Positions 1-12,251 of a DNA stretch of 64,000 bases are shown in pieces. Source of the DNA: Felis catus (lineage: Eukaryota). The position numbers and the translations under genes were made by a program. Below the pieces are notes generated by a model that saw only the letters and a list, made by a program, of their open reading frames with translations, was not told the origin of the DNA and made no database searches. Within the stretch, counting starts at the first letter, position 1; each line of letters opens with the position of its first letter. The stretch covers positions 223,760,001-223,824,000 of the forward strand of contig NC_058368.1 in assembly GCF_018350175.1 (NCBI RefSeq), in the 5' to 3' direction.

Positions 1-838
1 TTACTGTTTTGAATTTTCTATTTTCATCTGTAGTTAATCTTAACTAGGCCCACACAAATTTTCTATACAATCAATGTCCCCTGCGATAGAGAATTTTTTT
101 ATCTTCTCTCCATGCCTGCATTATACTTATTTCCACACAATTCCATTGTTGCTAAACATGACTTAATCAGATGTTTTAAAACCCTGATCTGACATGTAAT
201 AGATAATTTTCTGTACTCGATATTATATTGCTTTATTCAAATTGAAATAGACAACCTATTACTTCAGGCACTGTGGTGGACAACATGTCATATGGAATCT
301 GACATTATACACTGTCCCAGATGAAACCTCTTCACTCTGGCTTGGCTGCTGGGCTATCTTACATGTATGGTGATTTTACTTAAAACCACAGTTCCATATA
401 TTATGTAATCAGAGCTCCCACAGATATTGGAATCTGGCCAGTATGACTTGTCTCTTTAATGCTTTTACACACTCTGTGTTACAAAAACCATATCTTATAC
501 TTACACCTATAAAAATTTAACTAAGGGCTACATTTACAATTAGAGATTAAGACACATTGTGATTACTCATAGCTTTTGCTCTTAGAGCAACAGGGGATCT
601 GAAGAACACAATTCGTTTCACAACATTATAATCAAATCTACAAAATTTAAGACATGAATTTTAAACACATTAATGTGTTTTCCTAAATTTTTTTTTGCAT
701 ATAATTAGTACTTTTGTGGGGGTTTTTTTTTTGGTAATAAAAAGAATAAAGTTTTATTTTTAACATAGTAGCAAATATAGTTTGATAGACAGTAGCTCAC
801 AAATTTAACATATTTTAAAGGTGGTATATTAGAAGTTA

Positions 839-1102
839 GGGCACCTGGATGGCTCATTTGGTTAAGTGTCCAGCTCAGGTCATGCTCTCACAGTTGCGAT
901 CTCATGACCTGATCTCACAACGGTGAGATCATGACCCACGTCAGGCTCTGCTCTGGGCATGAAGCCTGCTTCAGATTCTCTCTCTCTCTCTTTTTGTCTC
1001 TCCCCCACTTGCACTCTCACTCAAAACACAACAAAACAAAACAAAACAAAAAAAACAAGAAAACAACAAAAAAAACACAAATAACCAAAAAAAAAAAAAA
1101 AA
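839..1102 (+). mobile_element. Can-SINE (older carnivore type) with internal rearrangement
   Basis: GGGCACCTGGATGGCTCA head, (CT)n tract, degenerate A/CAAAA tail. Confidence 0.9.
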
Positions 1103-1179
1103 CACCCACATACACAAAAGAAATAGATTAGCTATTAGTGAAAGGAGGATGTAATTACCAGCCTATTTTCTTCTCTCTC

Positions 1180-1597
1180 TTTTTTTTTTCTCAAATTTTA
1201 TCTTTACAGTCTGGTTAGTTATCATATAGTATAATGTTGGTTTCAGGAATGCAATTTAGTGATTCATCACTTACATGTAATACCCAGTGCTCAACACAAG
1301 TGCCCTCCTCAATATTCACCACCCATCTAGCCCATCCCCCAGCCACCTTCCCTCCAGCAAACCCCAATTTGTTCTCTGTGGTTAAGAGTCATTTATGATT
1401 TGCTGCCCTTTCTTTTATTTATCCCTTGCCCTACGTTCATCTGTGTTGTTTCTTCAATTCCACATATGGATGAAATCATATGGTGTTTGTCTTTTTCTGA
1501 CTGACTTATTTCACCTAGTGTAACACTTGCTACCTTCATCCATGTCATAGCAAATGGCAAGATTTCATTCTTTTGGATGGCTGAATAATATACCATT
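1180..1597 (-). mobile_element. Carnivore L1 3' end (ORF2 C-terminus and 3'UTR)
   Basis: Poly-T, then L1 3'UTR motifs. Minus ORF 1393-1596 (YYSAIQKNEILPFAMTWM...EISQSEKDKHHMISSICG) matches the L1 ORF2p C-terminus. Confidence 0.9.
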
Positions 1598-1623
1598 GTG
1601 TGTGTGTGTGTGTGTGTGTGTGT
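1597..1623. repeat. (TG)n microsatellite
   Basis: Direct reading. Confidence 0.95.
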
Positions 1624-1631
1624 ATCTCCTC

Positions 1632-1890
1632 TTTTTTTTTTTTAATTTTTAAATGTAATTTAAATCCAAGTTAGTTAACATATCATGTAATAATGATTTC
1701 AGGAGTAGAATTTAGTGATTCATCACTTACATATAACACTCAGTGCTCATCCCAACAAGTGCCCTCCTTAATACCCATCAGCCATCTAACCCATCCTCTC
1801 ACCCAGTACCCCTCTAGCAACCCTCAGTTTGTTCTCTGTATTTAAGAGTCTTTTATGGTTTGCTTCCCTCTCTCTTTTTTATCTTATTTT
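1632..1890 (-). mobile_element. Second short carnivore L1 3'UTR fragment
   Basis: Poly-T, then a diverged second copy of the 3'UTR seen at 1200-1400 (AATTTAGTGATTCATCACTTACAT...ACAAGTGCCCTCCT). Confidence 0.85.
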
Positions 1891-2147
1891 TTCATATATA
1901 TACATGAAAAACATATATGTGAATTATACATCCTTTGTATATATAAGTATTATACATATAGATATATACATACACACACACCTTTTTTATATACATACAT
2001 AATTTTGTATATATACATACATACTACTAAGATTTTTTTTCATTGTTTTCTCATCTTCACTTCCAGCACATCTCCACACACTTGTGTACATATGCACACA
2101 CATACACACAAACACACAAATAGACACACATGCACACATACATTAAT

Positions 2148-2272
2148 GTAGGTTTCATGGAGCCAGGGATTTTTATCTGTCTTATTTATTGCTGCTACCC
2201 CAATGTGTGTGATTCTACCTGAGACATATTATCAACTTAGCAAATATTTACTTAATGAATTAATAAATAATT
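2148..2272 (+). mobile_element. L2 3' end remnant
   Basis: Resembles the L2 terminus (AGGGATTTTTATCTGTCTT...AAATATTTACTTAATGAATTAATAAAT). Confidence 0.55.
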
Positions 2273-2347
2273 TGAATATTTTGCAAGAAATATCCATGAA
2301 GTTTTTCTAACAGCATAAAGGCAAAGGATTAAAAAATAAACAATCTT

Positions 2348-2545
2348 GGGGCACCCGGGTAGCTCAGTCAGTTAAGCATCCGACTTGGGCTCCGGTGATG
2401 ATCTCACAGCTCATGAGTTCTAGCCACGTGTTGGGCTCCGTGCTGACAGCTCAGAGACTGGGCTCTGCTTTGGTTTCTGTGTTCCCCTCTTGCTCTGCCT
2501 TTACCCTACTCTCTCTCTCTCTCTCTCTCAAACATAAATAAGAAT
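2348..2545 (+). mobile_element. Can-SINE (SINEC_Fc-like)
   Basis: GGGGCACCCGGGTAGCTCAGTCAGTTAAGC head, (CT)n, A-rich tail. Confidence 0.95.
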
Positions 2546-2652
2546 TAGAAATAATTTTTAAAAATCCCTGATATAGACCATGTACAAAAAAGTGCATAGA
2601 ACATGTTACTGGTGGCCATGCTCCCTATAATTAATGTTTGCTGTTGGCTATT

Positions 2653-2872
2653 TATTTATTTTTTCAATGTTTATTTATTTATTTTTGAGAGAGACAAGGA
2701 CAGAATGCAAGTGAGTTAGGGGCAGAGAGAGAGGGAGACACAGAATCCGAAGCAGGCTCCAGGCTCTGGGCTGTCAGCACAGAGACTAACATGGGGCTCA
2801 AACTCACAAGCTGTGAGATCATGACCTGAGCCAAAGTCAGACGCTCACCCGACTGAGCCACCTAGGCGCTCC
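2653..2872 (-). mobile_element. Can-SINE (SINEC_Fc-like)
   Basis: Full reverse-complement SINE. Decayed target-site duplication (TSD) TGTTGGCTATTT / TGTTGGCCATTT. Confidence 0.95.
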
Positions 2873-2912
2873 TGATGTTGGCCATTTAACACCAAACTTA
2901 ACAGAGTATGTT

Positions 2913-5900
2913 TTGTTGATACTGTTGCTATAAACACTGGGGTGCATGTAGCCCTTGGAATCAGTATTTTTGTATCCTGTAGGTAAATACCTAGTAATTC
3001 AATCACTGGATCGTAGAGTAGTTATATTTAACTTTTTGAGGAACCTCCAAATTGTCTCACTGCACTAGTTTGCATTTACAACAACAGTATAAGAGGGTCC
3101 CCCTTTCTCCACATCCTCACCAACATCTGTTTTTTCTTGAATTGTTAATTTTAGCAAATCTGACAGGTGTGAGATACCAGGTGTGGTATCTCGTGGTTCT
3201 GATTTGTATTTACCTGATGATGAGTAACATCCAGCAGTTTTTCATGTGTCTATAAGATACTTGTATGTCTTCTTTGGAGAAATGTCTATTCATGTCTTCA
3301 GCCCGTTTATTAACTGGGTTATTTATTTTGTGTGTGTGTTGAGTTTGATAAGTTTTTTATAGATTTTGGATATTAATCCTTTATCATATAGTTCATTTGC
3401 AAATATCCTTTCCTGTTCTGTAGGCTGCCTTTTAGTTTTGTACATTGTTTCCTTCATTGGGCAGATTTTTATCTTAATTAAGTCCCAATAGTTCATTTTT
3501 GCTTTTGTTTGCCTTGCCTCTGGAGACTTGTCTAGTAAGAAGTTGCTATGTCTGAGGTCAAAGAGGCTGTTGCCTGTGTTCTCTTTTAGGATGTTGCAGG
3601 TTTCCTGTCTCACATTTAGGTCTTTCATCCATTTTTGGATTTATTTTTGTATATGGTGTAAGAAAGTGTTGTGGTTTCGTTCTTCTGTATGTCACTGTCC
3701 AGTTTTCCGAACACCATTTGTTGAAGAGACTGACTTTTTCCATTGGATATTGTTTCTTGCTTTGTCAAAGATTAGTTGACCATATTGTCGTAGGTCCATT
3801 TCTTGGTTTTCTATTCTGTTCCATCAATCTATGTCCCTGTTGTTGTGCCAGTGTCATACTGTCTTGAGGATTATAGCTTTGTAATATAGCTTGAGGTCTA
3901 GAATTGTGATGCCTCCAGCTTTGTTTTCCTTTTCCAAGATTGCTTTGGCTATTCAGGGTCATTTATGGTTCCATTTAAATTTTAGGATTCTTTATTCTAG
4001 TTCTGTGTAAAATCCTGTTGAGATTTTGATAAGGATTGCATTAAATGTGTAGATTGCTTTGGGTAGTCTAGACATCTTAACAATATGTGTTTTTCAAATC
4101 CATGAGAATGGAATATTTTTCCATTTCTTTGTGTCATCTTCAATTTCTTTCAAGAGTGTTCTATAATTTTCAGAGAACAGATCTTTTACTTCTTTGATTA
4201 GGTTTACTCCTAGATATCTATGGGTTTTGGTGCAATTGTAAATGGGATTGATTCCTTGATTTATTTTTCTGCTGCTTCATCATCGGTGTATAGAAATGCA
4301 ACAGATTTTTGTACATTGAATTTGTATCTTACAATGTTTCTGAATTCGTGCATCAGTTGTAGCAATTTTTTGGTGGAGTCTTACATTCTGTACATAGAGT
4401 ATCAGGTTTTCTGCAAATAGTGAAAGTTTGACTCCTTCATTGCCCATTTGGATGCCTTTATTTCTTTTTGTTCCCTGATTGCTGAGGCTAGGACTTCCAG
4501 TAATATGATAAATAACAATGCTGAGAGTAAACATCCCTGTCTTGTTCTTGACCATAGAGGAAAAGCTCTCAGTTTTCCCCGATTGAGGATGATATTAGTT
4601 ATGGATCTTTTACATATGGATTTTATGATACAGAGGTATGTTCCCTCTATCCTTACATTTTTGTTTTTTTTTTTTAATTTTTTTTTTCAATGTTTATTTA
4701 TTTTTGGGACAGAGAGAGACAGAGCATGAACGGGGAAGGGGCAGAGAGAGAGGGAGGCACAGAATCGGAAACAGGCTCCAGGCTCTGAGCCATCAGCCCA
4801 GAGCCCGATGCGGGGCTCGAACTCACGGACCGCGAGATCGTGACCTGGCTGAAGTCGGACGCTCAACCGACTGCGCCACCCAGGCGCCCCAACATTTTTG
4901 ATAATTTTTATCAAGAAAAGATGATGTGTTTTGTCAAATTCTTTTTCTACATCTATTGAGAGGACCATATAGTTTTTATCCTTTCTTTTATTAATGTGGT
5001 ATATCATGTTTATTGATTTGTGAATATTGAACCAGCCCTACAGCCCAGGAATAAATCCCACTTGATTGTAGTGAATAATTCTTTTAATGTACTGTACGAT
5101 TCAATTTGCTAGTATCTTGTTCAGAAGTTTTGCATTCATGTTCATCAGGGATATTGGCCTGTGATTCTCCTTTTAATAGTCAGCTCTTTGTCTGTTTTTG
5201 GAATTAAGGTAATGCTGGCCTTGGAGAATGAGTTTGGAAGTTGCCCTTTCCTTTTTATTTTGTGGAACAGTTTCAGAATAGGTGTTAACTCTTCTTTAAA
5301 TGTTTGGTAGAAATCATCTGGGAAGCCATCTGGCCCTGGACTTTTGTTTGTTGGGAGATTTTTGATTACTTATTCATTTTCTTTGCTTGTCATGGGAGTG
5401 TTCAAATATTCTATATCATCCTGTTTCAGTTTTGGTATAGTTTACATGTTTTTGTGAATTTATTCATTTCTTCCAGATTGCCCAATTCGTTGGCATATAA
5501 TTTTTCATAATATTCTCTTATAATCATTTGGATTTCAGTGGTGTTGGTTGTAATCTCTCCTCTTTCATTCATGATTTTATTTATTTGGGTCCTTTTTATT
5601 TTCTTTTTGATAAGTCTGGGTAGAGTTTTATCAATTTTATTTATTGTTTCAAAGAAACAGTGCTTAATTTCATTGATATGTTTTACTGGGGTTTTTTGTT
5701 TGTTTCTATATTATTAATTTCTGCTCTAATATTCATTATTTCCCTTTAGGCTTTGTTTGTTGTTCCTTTTGTAGTTCATTTAGGTGTAAGGTTAGGTTGT
5801 ATATTTGAGACTTTTCTTTCTTCTTGAGTTAGGCCTGTATTGCTATACACTTTCCTCTCATGACTGCCTTGGCTGTATCCCAAAGATTCTGGACTGTCAT

Positions 5901-7047
5901 GTTTTCATTTTCATTTCCTTCCATGTATTTTTTTTTTATTTCTTCTTTAATTTCCTGATTAGCCCATTCATTCTTTAGTTGTATGTTCTTTGACCTCCAT
6001 GTGTTTGTGGTCTTTCCAATTTTTTTCTTGTGGTTGACTTCAAGTTTCAGAGAGTTGTGGTCTGAAAATATGCATGATATGAGCTCACTCTTTTTGTTCT
6101 TGCTGAGGACTGATTTGTAACCCTTCTTCTGGTTCAGGAATATTACTTATATCTATTTTTATTAGTTCCCTGGCTGTGACCTCTTCCTGTTCTTTCTTTT
6201 GGGGTGAATTCCTCTGTTTTGGCATTTTGTCTAGGTCTCTATCTTTTGTGTGTTAGGAAAGCCTCTATCTTGTCCTATTTCCACTAGAGCTGAAGTTTGC
6301 AACACTCTAAGATCAGTAGATCTGGTGCATACAGCGGGGGAGAGGATCATGCCGCTCTTCTGGAAGAATGGCTGTGCTGCTTGCTGAGGCCCATCCAAGC
6401 CGATGGGAAGGGTGAAAAATGGTGTCAGCCTGCTTTCTTCCCTGGCGTAGGGAGTTCTCACCTGCCACCGTTCAGGAAACCCTCACAGAAGAGCAACAAT
6501 CTCCTTTCCTGTGTCCCAGACTTCTGTCACATCTCTGCTTTCAACTTCTCTGTGCCTGAACCATCTGTGCACCATGTGGCACAGTGCTCCTCTGTTTTAT
6601 CTGAGGCACTTGGCTGGGTTTCCAAACTCCAAATTTAAGGACTCAGTGTGGGACAGCAAGGACTTGTGCTGATCCTTGGGGGAGGGTCTCACTGTGCTGT
6701 GGGTAGTACTAGTTTGTTCCAGAAAAGCAGTCACAGGACTGAATAGGGGCTTGGATTTTATGGTAAAATGTAGCAAAAAGCCAGCATCCAGGTTAGCTGC
6801 CCTCAGCAGGTGTCTCTGCTGTTATGCTAATGAACTGGGCAGCTCAATGGCACCTGCTGACTCACTTCACTGTACCTCCTGTCTTCCATGGCATCGCCTC
6901 TTTTCTCCCTCTAGTTGTGCAGTTTGTTCTGTCAGTTCTCAGTCAATTTCCTGGGTGTTCAGAGTGATTTGATAATTATCTGGCTGTGTTTGAGGGATGA
7001 GGCGAGCATAAGGTCCTTCTACTACTGTTCCTTCTTAACTCCTCTCC
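2913..7047 (-). mobile_element. Carnivore L1, decayed, 5'UTR retained, internal ORF1-ORF2 deletion
   Basis: Minus-strand ORF2 peptides ([10 protein letters not shown]..., [15 protein letters not shown]..., YHINKRKDKNYMVLSIDVEKEFDK). ORF1 start at 6225 reads MPKQRNSPQKKEQEEVTARELIKIDIS. 5'UTR about 6226-7047. Frames are broken. Confidence 0.93.
4664..4890 (-). mobile_element. Young felid SINEC_Fc inserted in L1 ORF2
   Basis: CpG-rich, near-consensus body. TSD ACATTTTTG at 4655-4663 and 4892-4900. Confidence 0.97.
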
Positions 7048-7915
7048 TACAATTAGTAGCTTTTGCACTATTTCTAACATTCACATTAACTTTTGGAAGC
7101 AAAGTTTACATTTGCACATTATTTAGAGCATCACCATTTTGTTTCATATCATGTTTTGAATCTGTGTAGCTGTATGTTTGTGTGTCTTTGTGGGTCTGTG
7201 CTTGTACTTGTTTGTCTGGGTACATGTTCGTGTGTGTGTGTAGAATTAGAATTCTTAAAATGGATACCAGAAGAAGGATATGCATATTAAATTATTAAAG
7301 AAAAAAATAAATTTAATAATGAGAGCTAAAATAGTGCTAAAAGTAAAGATTAAGATGCTTTAAAAAATCTTTGTATTCTGAGTGCCTTTTGTAAGAAATA
7401 TTCCCAAATCGCCTCTTTTCCCTTTTTTGTGGCTGGTGTACATTTCTTGGCCAAATAAACTAAATAACACCAATATTCTATCTTGAAAACTGCTTTAATT
7501 TAAACCAGAATCTGTCAAATGATAATAATTTCCTCAGATTCATTTAGAAAGTAAACATCAAATATAGGTATTTTATGAATATCACCACCCTATTATGCAG
7601 CCATACTTTTCTTTTTCTTTCAACTTGAACTTTGTGTAGCAACTAAAAGCCTGAAAACTAATGGGATTTGCACTGTGGTTGGTACCTCAGAGCACGGAGT
7701 TTAGAATTGACATTTTGTGGAAAATGAAAAAAAAACCTCATTATGAAACAAATTATACAATTTAAATAAAGTAGCAGCTGGGTAATGCAGGGATTTTATA
7801 TGAAAATCATAGCCAACATTGCTTAACTTTATGGAATCAGATTTCCAATGAAATTGTTATCAGCTGTGGAAGATTCACAGTGTCAACTCAATTACTACTA
7901 CTTATAGAGAATAAT

Positions 7916-8259
7916 TGTCATTATTAAATGATTCATAAATCAGGCAGTATTCCACCCAGCGAATAAAAAAGAGCTGTACCAAAGCTGTAGAAAGGAAAGG
8001 TTTTTAAAGGCAGAAAGGAGCAGAAAAAGACATGATTAGCAAAAAATCAATTGTTCCAGGCAAGGTCATTTTCCCAAGGGGAATGGAAGCATCCATCAAG
8101 GGATTACTTCCTAGTGTTGAATGGGTAATTCCAGGATGACTGGTTAAAGATTCCTGGAAAGGATAAAACTGTAATTAGGTTAAGCATAAAGTCTTGCTTT
8201 GCTGATGTGGGACTTAGCACAACTGACTTGATTTTGAGCCCGTCATCTCCTTTTTAACA
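7916..8259 (-). mobile_element. ERV-type solo LTR (family not assigned)
   Basis: Minus strand begins TGTTAAAAAGGAG... and ends ...TGACA. Resembles ERV1-class LTRs from recall. Confidence 0.5.
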
Positions 8260-9270
8260 CCATGCATGGATGGTCCGAAAATAATCTTGGAGAAGACAGA
8301 TAGCGTAGACCTCAGAATAACTGTGTGTTACCAGTTTGGGGCTTGAAAGGGTAACATTCTAAAGGGAAAGATTATTAGCGCAAAGCTTCAGAAATGATAA
8401 ATAATTACTTCACTCAGAGCAGTCTGGTATAACTGAAGTTAAGGTAAAGGGAAAAACATACCCAGAGAAGAAAGCAAGAAACCTAACATGAAAAGTATTG
8501 CACGTTATGACAAAATGCTTAGACTTCACTCTTATGACAACTAGGAGGCGCAAAGCTAAGTCACTGTTTTAGATTGAAAAGTTTTACAGGATCTTTGTTC
8601 CTTTAAAATTTTTCAATCTTATGCTCTTTAATGGAGCAAGACAGGCACTAATATCCAGTCTCATAAGATCTTTCACGTCTGGAAACTATTTCCTTCAATT
8701 TTTGCACAAAAACTAGGCAACTCGTGACTGTAATCATCTCTATCTAATAACCAATAATAGTGACTACACACTATTATTTTCAGGTTTTGAAATCACTTCA
8801 CCAATATCCAGAGGCTTCAGATGCTTCAGTGTTACCATTTTTTTTTCAATTTCCTAACGCGAATCTCCTAGTTTTCAAAACTCAATTTCATTTTTTCTTG
8901 TCTTCCATATCCCAAATACCATTCCATATATTTTAGGTTTTTGGCAAGGGGTGACCCAGCAGTTTACTGTTAAATAGTTAACAATCAGATATCCAGAAAA
9001 CAAAAGAAAACAAACAGGACAACCCTGATTTATAGCATTTGAACATTTCTTTGATGTTAATACTTTTAACCACAAATAATTTGAAGCTACTAACCTTCTG
9101 TCAATGAATGCAGAAGTGAGCTCCCTTGATCCATCAATAGGAGGCCCAAAAGGAGACACAAATTTCTCTATTAGTAAAGGTAATAATGACAGATGCAGTA
9201 CCTAATCCAGGTTGTATCTGATGTTTGAAGTGGTGCTATTATTTACACACCCTTTAAAATATAACTTTGC

Positions 9271-9495
9271 GGGGCGCCTGGGTGGCTCAATCAGTTAAGC
9301 GTCCAACTTCGGCTCGGGTCATGATCTCACGGTTCGTGAGTTTGAGCCCTGCGTCGGGCTCTGTGCTGACAGCTCAGAGCCTGGAGCCTGCTTCGGATTC
9401 TGTGTCTCCCTCTCTTTCTGCCACTCCCCTACTCATGTTCTCTCTCTCTTTCTCTCTCTCTCTGTCTCTCAAAAATAAATAAACATTAAAAAAAG
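9271..9495 (+). mobile_element. Can-SINE (SINEC_Fc-like)
   Basis: Full element. Perfect 16-bp TSD TAAAATATAACTTTGC (9255-9270, 9496-9511). Confidence 0.97.
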
Positions 9496-9511
9496 TAAAA
9501 TATAACTTTGC

Positions 9512-9900
9512 AGTTCCTGTCATGAAGAGGAGGGTGCATTTCTTAACAGCTTGGATTCATTTACTTTGACCAAGAGACTATGGGAGAAGTTACTCTGTGA
9601 CAGTTCTTAGCCTAGGTGAATAGTCATTGCCCACTTTTATTCTCTACCCTACTCCTGTGCCTTCACTCTGAGAGCAAGTCCAGACCAGCCACCTAAGGGA
9701 TATTCAAAACATGAGAAAAAGGGTTGAGTTATCAGCCAGGAATAAGCATGGTCCACCAGCTACCAGAAAATCTACCCAAAAGCAATAACAAGCCTAGCTG
9801 GGACCAAAATCATCCCAGATTAGTTGAATCATACAGTCACTGTACTGACCATATATTTGACCCATTATGGATCACCAACAATCCCAAACATGGTATCCAT
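9512..9900 (+). mobile_element. Old MaLR LTR remnant (MLT1-like)
   Basis: Weak resemblance to MLT1 motifs (TACTTTGACCAAGAG...GAAGTTACTCTGTGACAGTTCTTAGCCTAGG). Confidence 0.35.
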
Positions 9901-9951
9901 ATCACACACTGCCATGTTCTAGAACTGAAGCTTGATTTTGCTTTTCTCTTT

Positions 9952-9954
<3 letters not shown>

Positions 9955-9988
<34 letters not shown>
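9955..9988. repeat. (CA)n microsatellite
   Basis: Direct reading. Confidence 0.95.
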
Positions 9989-9990
<2 letters not shown>

Positions 9991-10127
9991 CATCCACACG
10001 CACAAACCTCAAACACTTTGTTGACAATTGGAGGAAAATTATGTTTGTTAACAGTTATTTGACCATCAATAACTCTTATTATTTAGAGTATTTGAACATT
10101 CCTGCCATATGTCTCTTTTCATTTTTT

Positions 10128-10129
<2 letters not shown>

Positions 10130-10174
<45 letters not shown>
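10130..10174. repeat. (TA)n microsatellite
   Basis: Direct reading. Confidence 0.95.
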
Positions 10175-10179
<5 letters not shown>

Positions 10180-10614
10180 TTCTTCTACTGACTGTTAACT
10201 GAAGTAATGGCCCAATATTTCAACATCTCCCTGTCTCCTTTCACTGCCCTGCCACTTATTTTCTTCTCATAACTCTGTCCTAAACTTATTCAGTGACATT
10301 CAAATGATTCTCCCAAATATGGAAGCGAGTTTATTAATGAAAACCCCTCTCCTCAATTACCCCTTCAGGTTCTGTTTGCAGATGCTTAGTGAAGAAACAA
10401 TGAACAAATTAACAAATCTCCCTTTCAAAGAAGTTTACATATTCAGACATAGCTATAGATATAAATGAGTTTATATCTTTGCACAATTTCACCAAATTTC
10501 CTCGATGGTTACAACAAAGTACATCATTTTATTGGAAACCACTACAGATATGCTAACAGGGTTGGCAAGGGAATAAATAAAGAAAGTACTAAGAACTTCA
10601 AAAACTCTTGGTAG

Positions 10615-11275
10615 TAAAGATTTGGTCAAAGCCTCCACCCCTACACTAAATGACTTGATCAAACTCTGTCACAGCTTCTAACAGCCTAAGGATGTGTCTC
10701 TAGGACATCTCAGCCTCCCTTGAGTTCCTGCTTGGAAAGCTCAAGGTTGCTGAAATAATTCACTCTTTATTATAGTTAACACCTGACATTAGGGCTCAGA
10801 CTTCTTTCTTAGAACATTTTCTTAGAACATTTACTCTAGGAAACCTAAACTTGCAAAACCTCTCTCTTTTCCTTAATGATGTGTAAGTATAATTAACAAT
10901 GTAAGAGTGTCTTTCTCGAGGATCTGGAAGCCGTCCTTTATAAAAGTAATCATCAAGAAAAAACAGTCTCATGTTTCCCAGTCTCTGTGGGAAGGTAGGA
11001 ACCTAACACTGGCAAGTGTCAGTTAAAGACAGCACAGATGGACTCATCATGTCAAACAATCCTTCTACCACTTTTTGTAATTTGCCACTTCCCTGACTCA
11101 TTCTGCTGACTTGATCCCCTCCCTACTCTCTCATCCTCCCTTGTACACACCCGGTCACCTCTGCACAGATCAGAGTTGAGCTCAGGTTACTCAGGTCTCT
11201 TCCCTTTTACAGTTGTACTGAGTAAAATCTGTCTATCCTCCTTTAACTTGTGCCTGGCTTTGTTTCTATTTGACA
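10615..11275 (+). mobile_element. ERV1 solo LTR, MER34/MER39-like
   Basis: CCCAGTCTCTGTGGGAAGGTAGGAACCTAAC motif, AGTAAA near the 3' end, ends ...TTTGACA. Confidence 0.7.
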
Positions 11276-11732
11276 GTAAATAGTGAATATATGAAGTTAC
11301 AAACTGGTAGGAATGGGAAGGAGATAGATGCAATAAGATAGGCACAAGATAGTCATATTTGTATCTGTCTATGCTCGGGTTACCTATAGAGTGCATGTTT
11401 GACACTTCTTGTTTCCTTTAAAATGCTATTGCTTTTGAATAAGAATCTTAATAGCAAAAGAATGGCTGTCACAAACTTGGTCATCTTTAAGTATGACTAC
11501 AGAAAGGTAAATGGAGAACGGAAATGTAGCTGTTTCAAGGATTGCAATCAATATATACTTCACTTGGATATTTTAAGTGCAAGTAGGTTATTCCTAATAT
11601 TTCTGTGGTACAGTTTGCCATGTAAGTAGCACACAGCTGAGTAAATGAGACACATTTAGTATCTAGGACCTATTACTTGCTTAGAAAATAATTTTAATAT
11701 CAAAAATTAAACTTAAAAAATCTGTTCTACTT

Positions 11733-11898
11733 AGGCCCCAGGGCAGCTCAGTCACTTAAGTGTCTGACTCTTAATTTGAGCTCAGATCATGATCTCATGG
11801 TTCATGAGATTAAGCCCTGTGTCGGGCTCCACACTGACAGTGCAGAGCCTGCTTGGGATTCTTTCTCTCCCTCTCTCTCTGCCCCTCCCTGCTTGCTG

Positions 11899-11931
<33 letters not shown>

Positions 11932-11950
11932 TAAAATAAATATGGAAACA
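11733..11950 (+). mobile_element. Can-SINE
   Basis: Diverged head, (CT)n, tail. Decayed TSD TTAAAAAATCTGTTCTACT / TTAAAAATACCTGTTTTACT. Confidence 0.92.
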
Positions 11951-12159
11951 TTAAAAATACCTGTTTTACTAAAGCTCCTTAAATAATAGTCTTATATGGA
12001 ACACAACGCTTGAAAAATTGTGAAATGCCTCAAGACTTTGCATTAGAGAATGTGGTGATCAGACCCGAAGGTGACTGCCAGTGATGCTTGCCTTTGGTAA
12101 TGACACTATTGTAGGATTCCCTCTCACTGAGTGTGGGCCAGATCTGTGACTTATTTCTC

Positions 12160-12204
12160 TTTATCTATCCTATCTATCAATCTATTATCTAGCTAGCTAG
12201 CTAG

Positions 12205-12236
<32 letters not shown>

Positions 12237-12251
12237 ATCTACCTATCTATC
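12160..12251. repeat. (TATC)n/(TAGC)n compound microsatellite
   Basis: Direct reading. Confidence 0.9.

Noticed and set aside
3052..5510. Reverse-transcriptase-like ORFs as an active element
   Set aside because: They are fragments of a dead L1 ORF2 with many stops and frameshifts, a SINE insertion and a large deletion.
10807..10832. 13-bp tandem duplication TTCTTAGAACATT
   Set aside because: A trivial slippage event inside an LTR.
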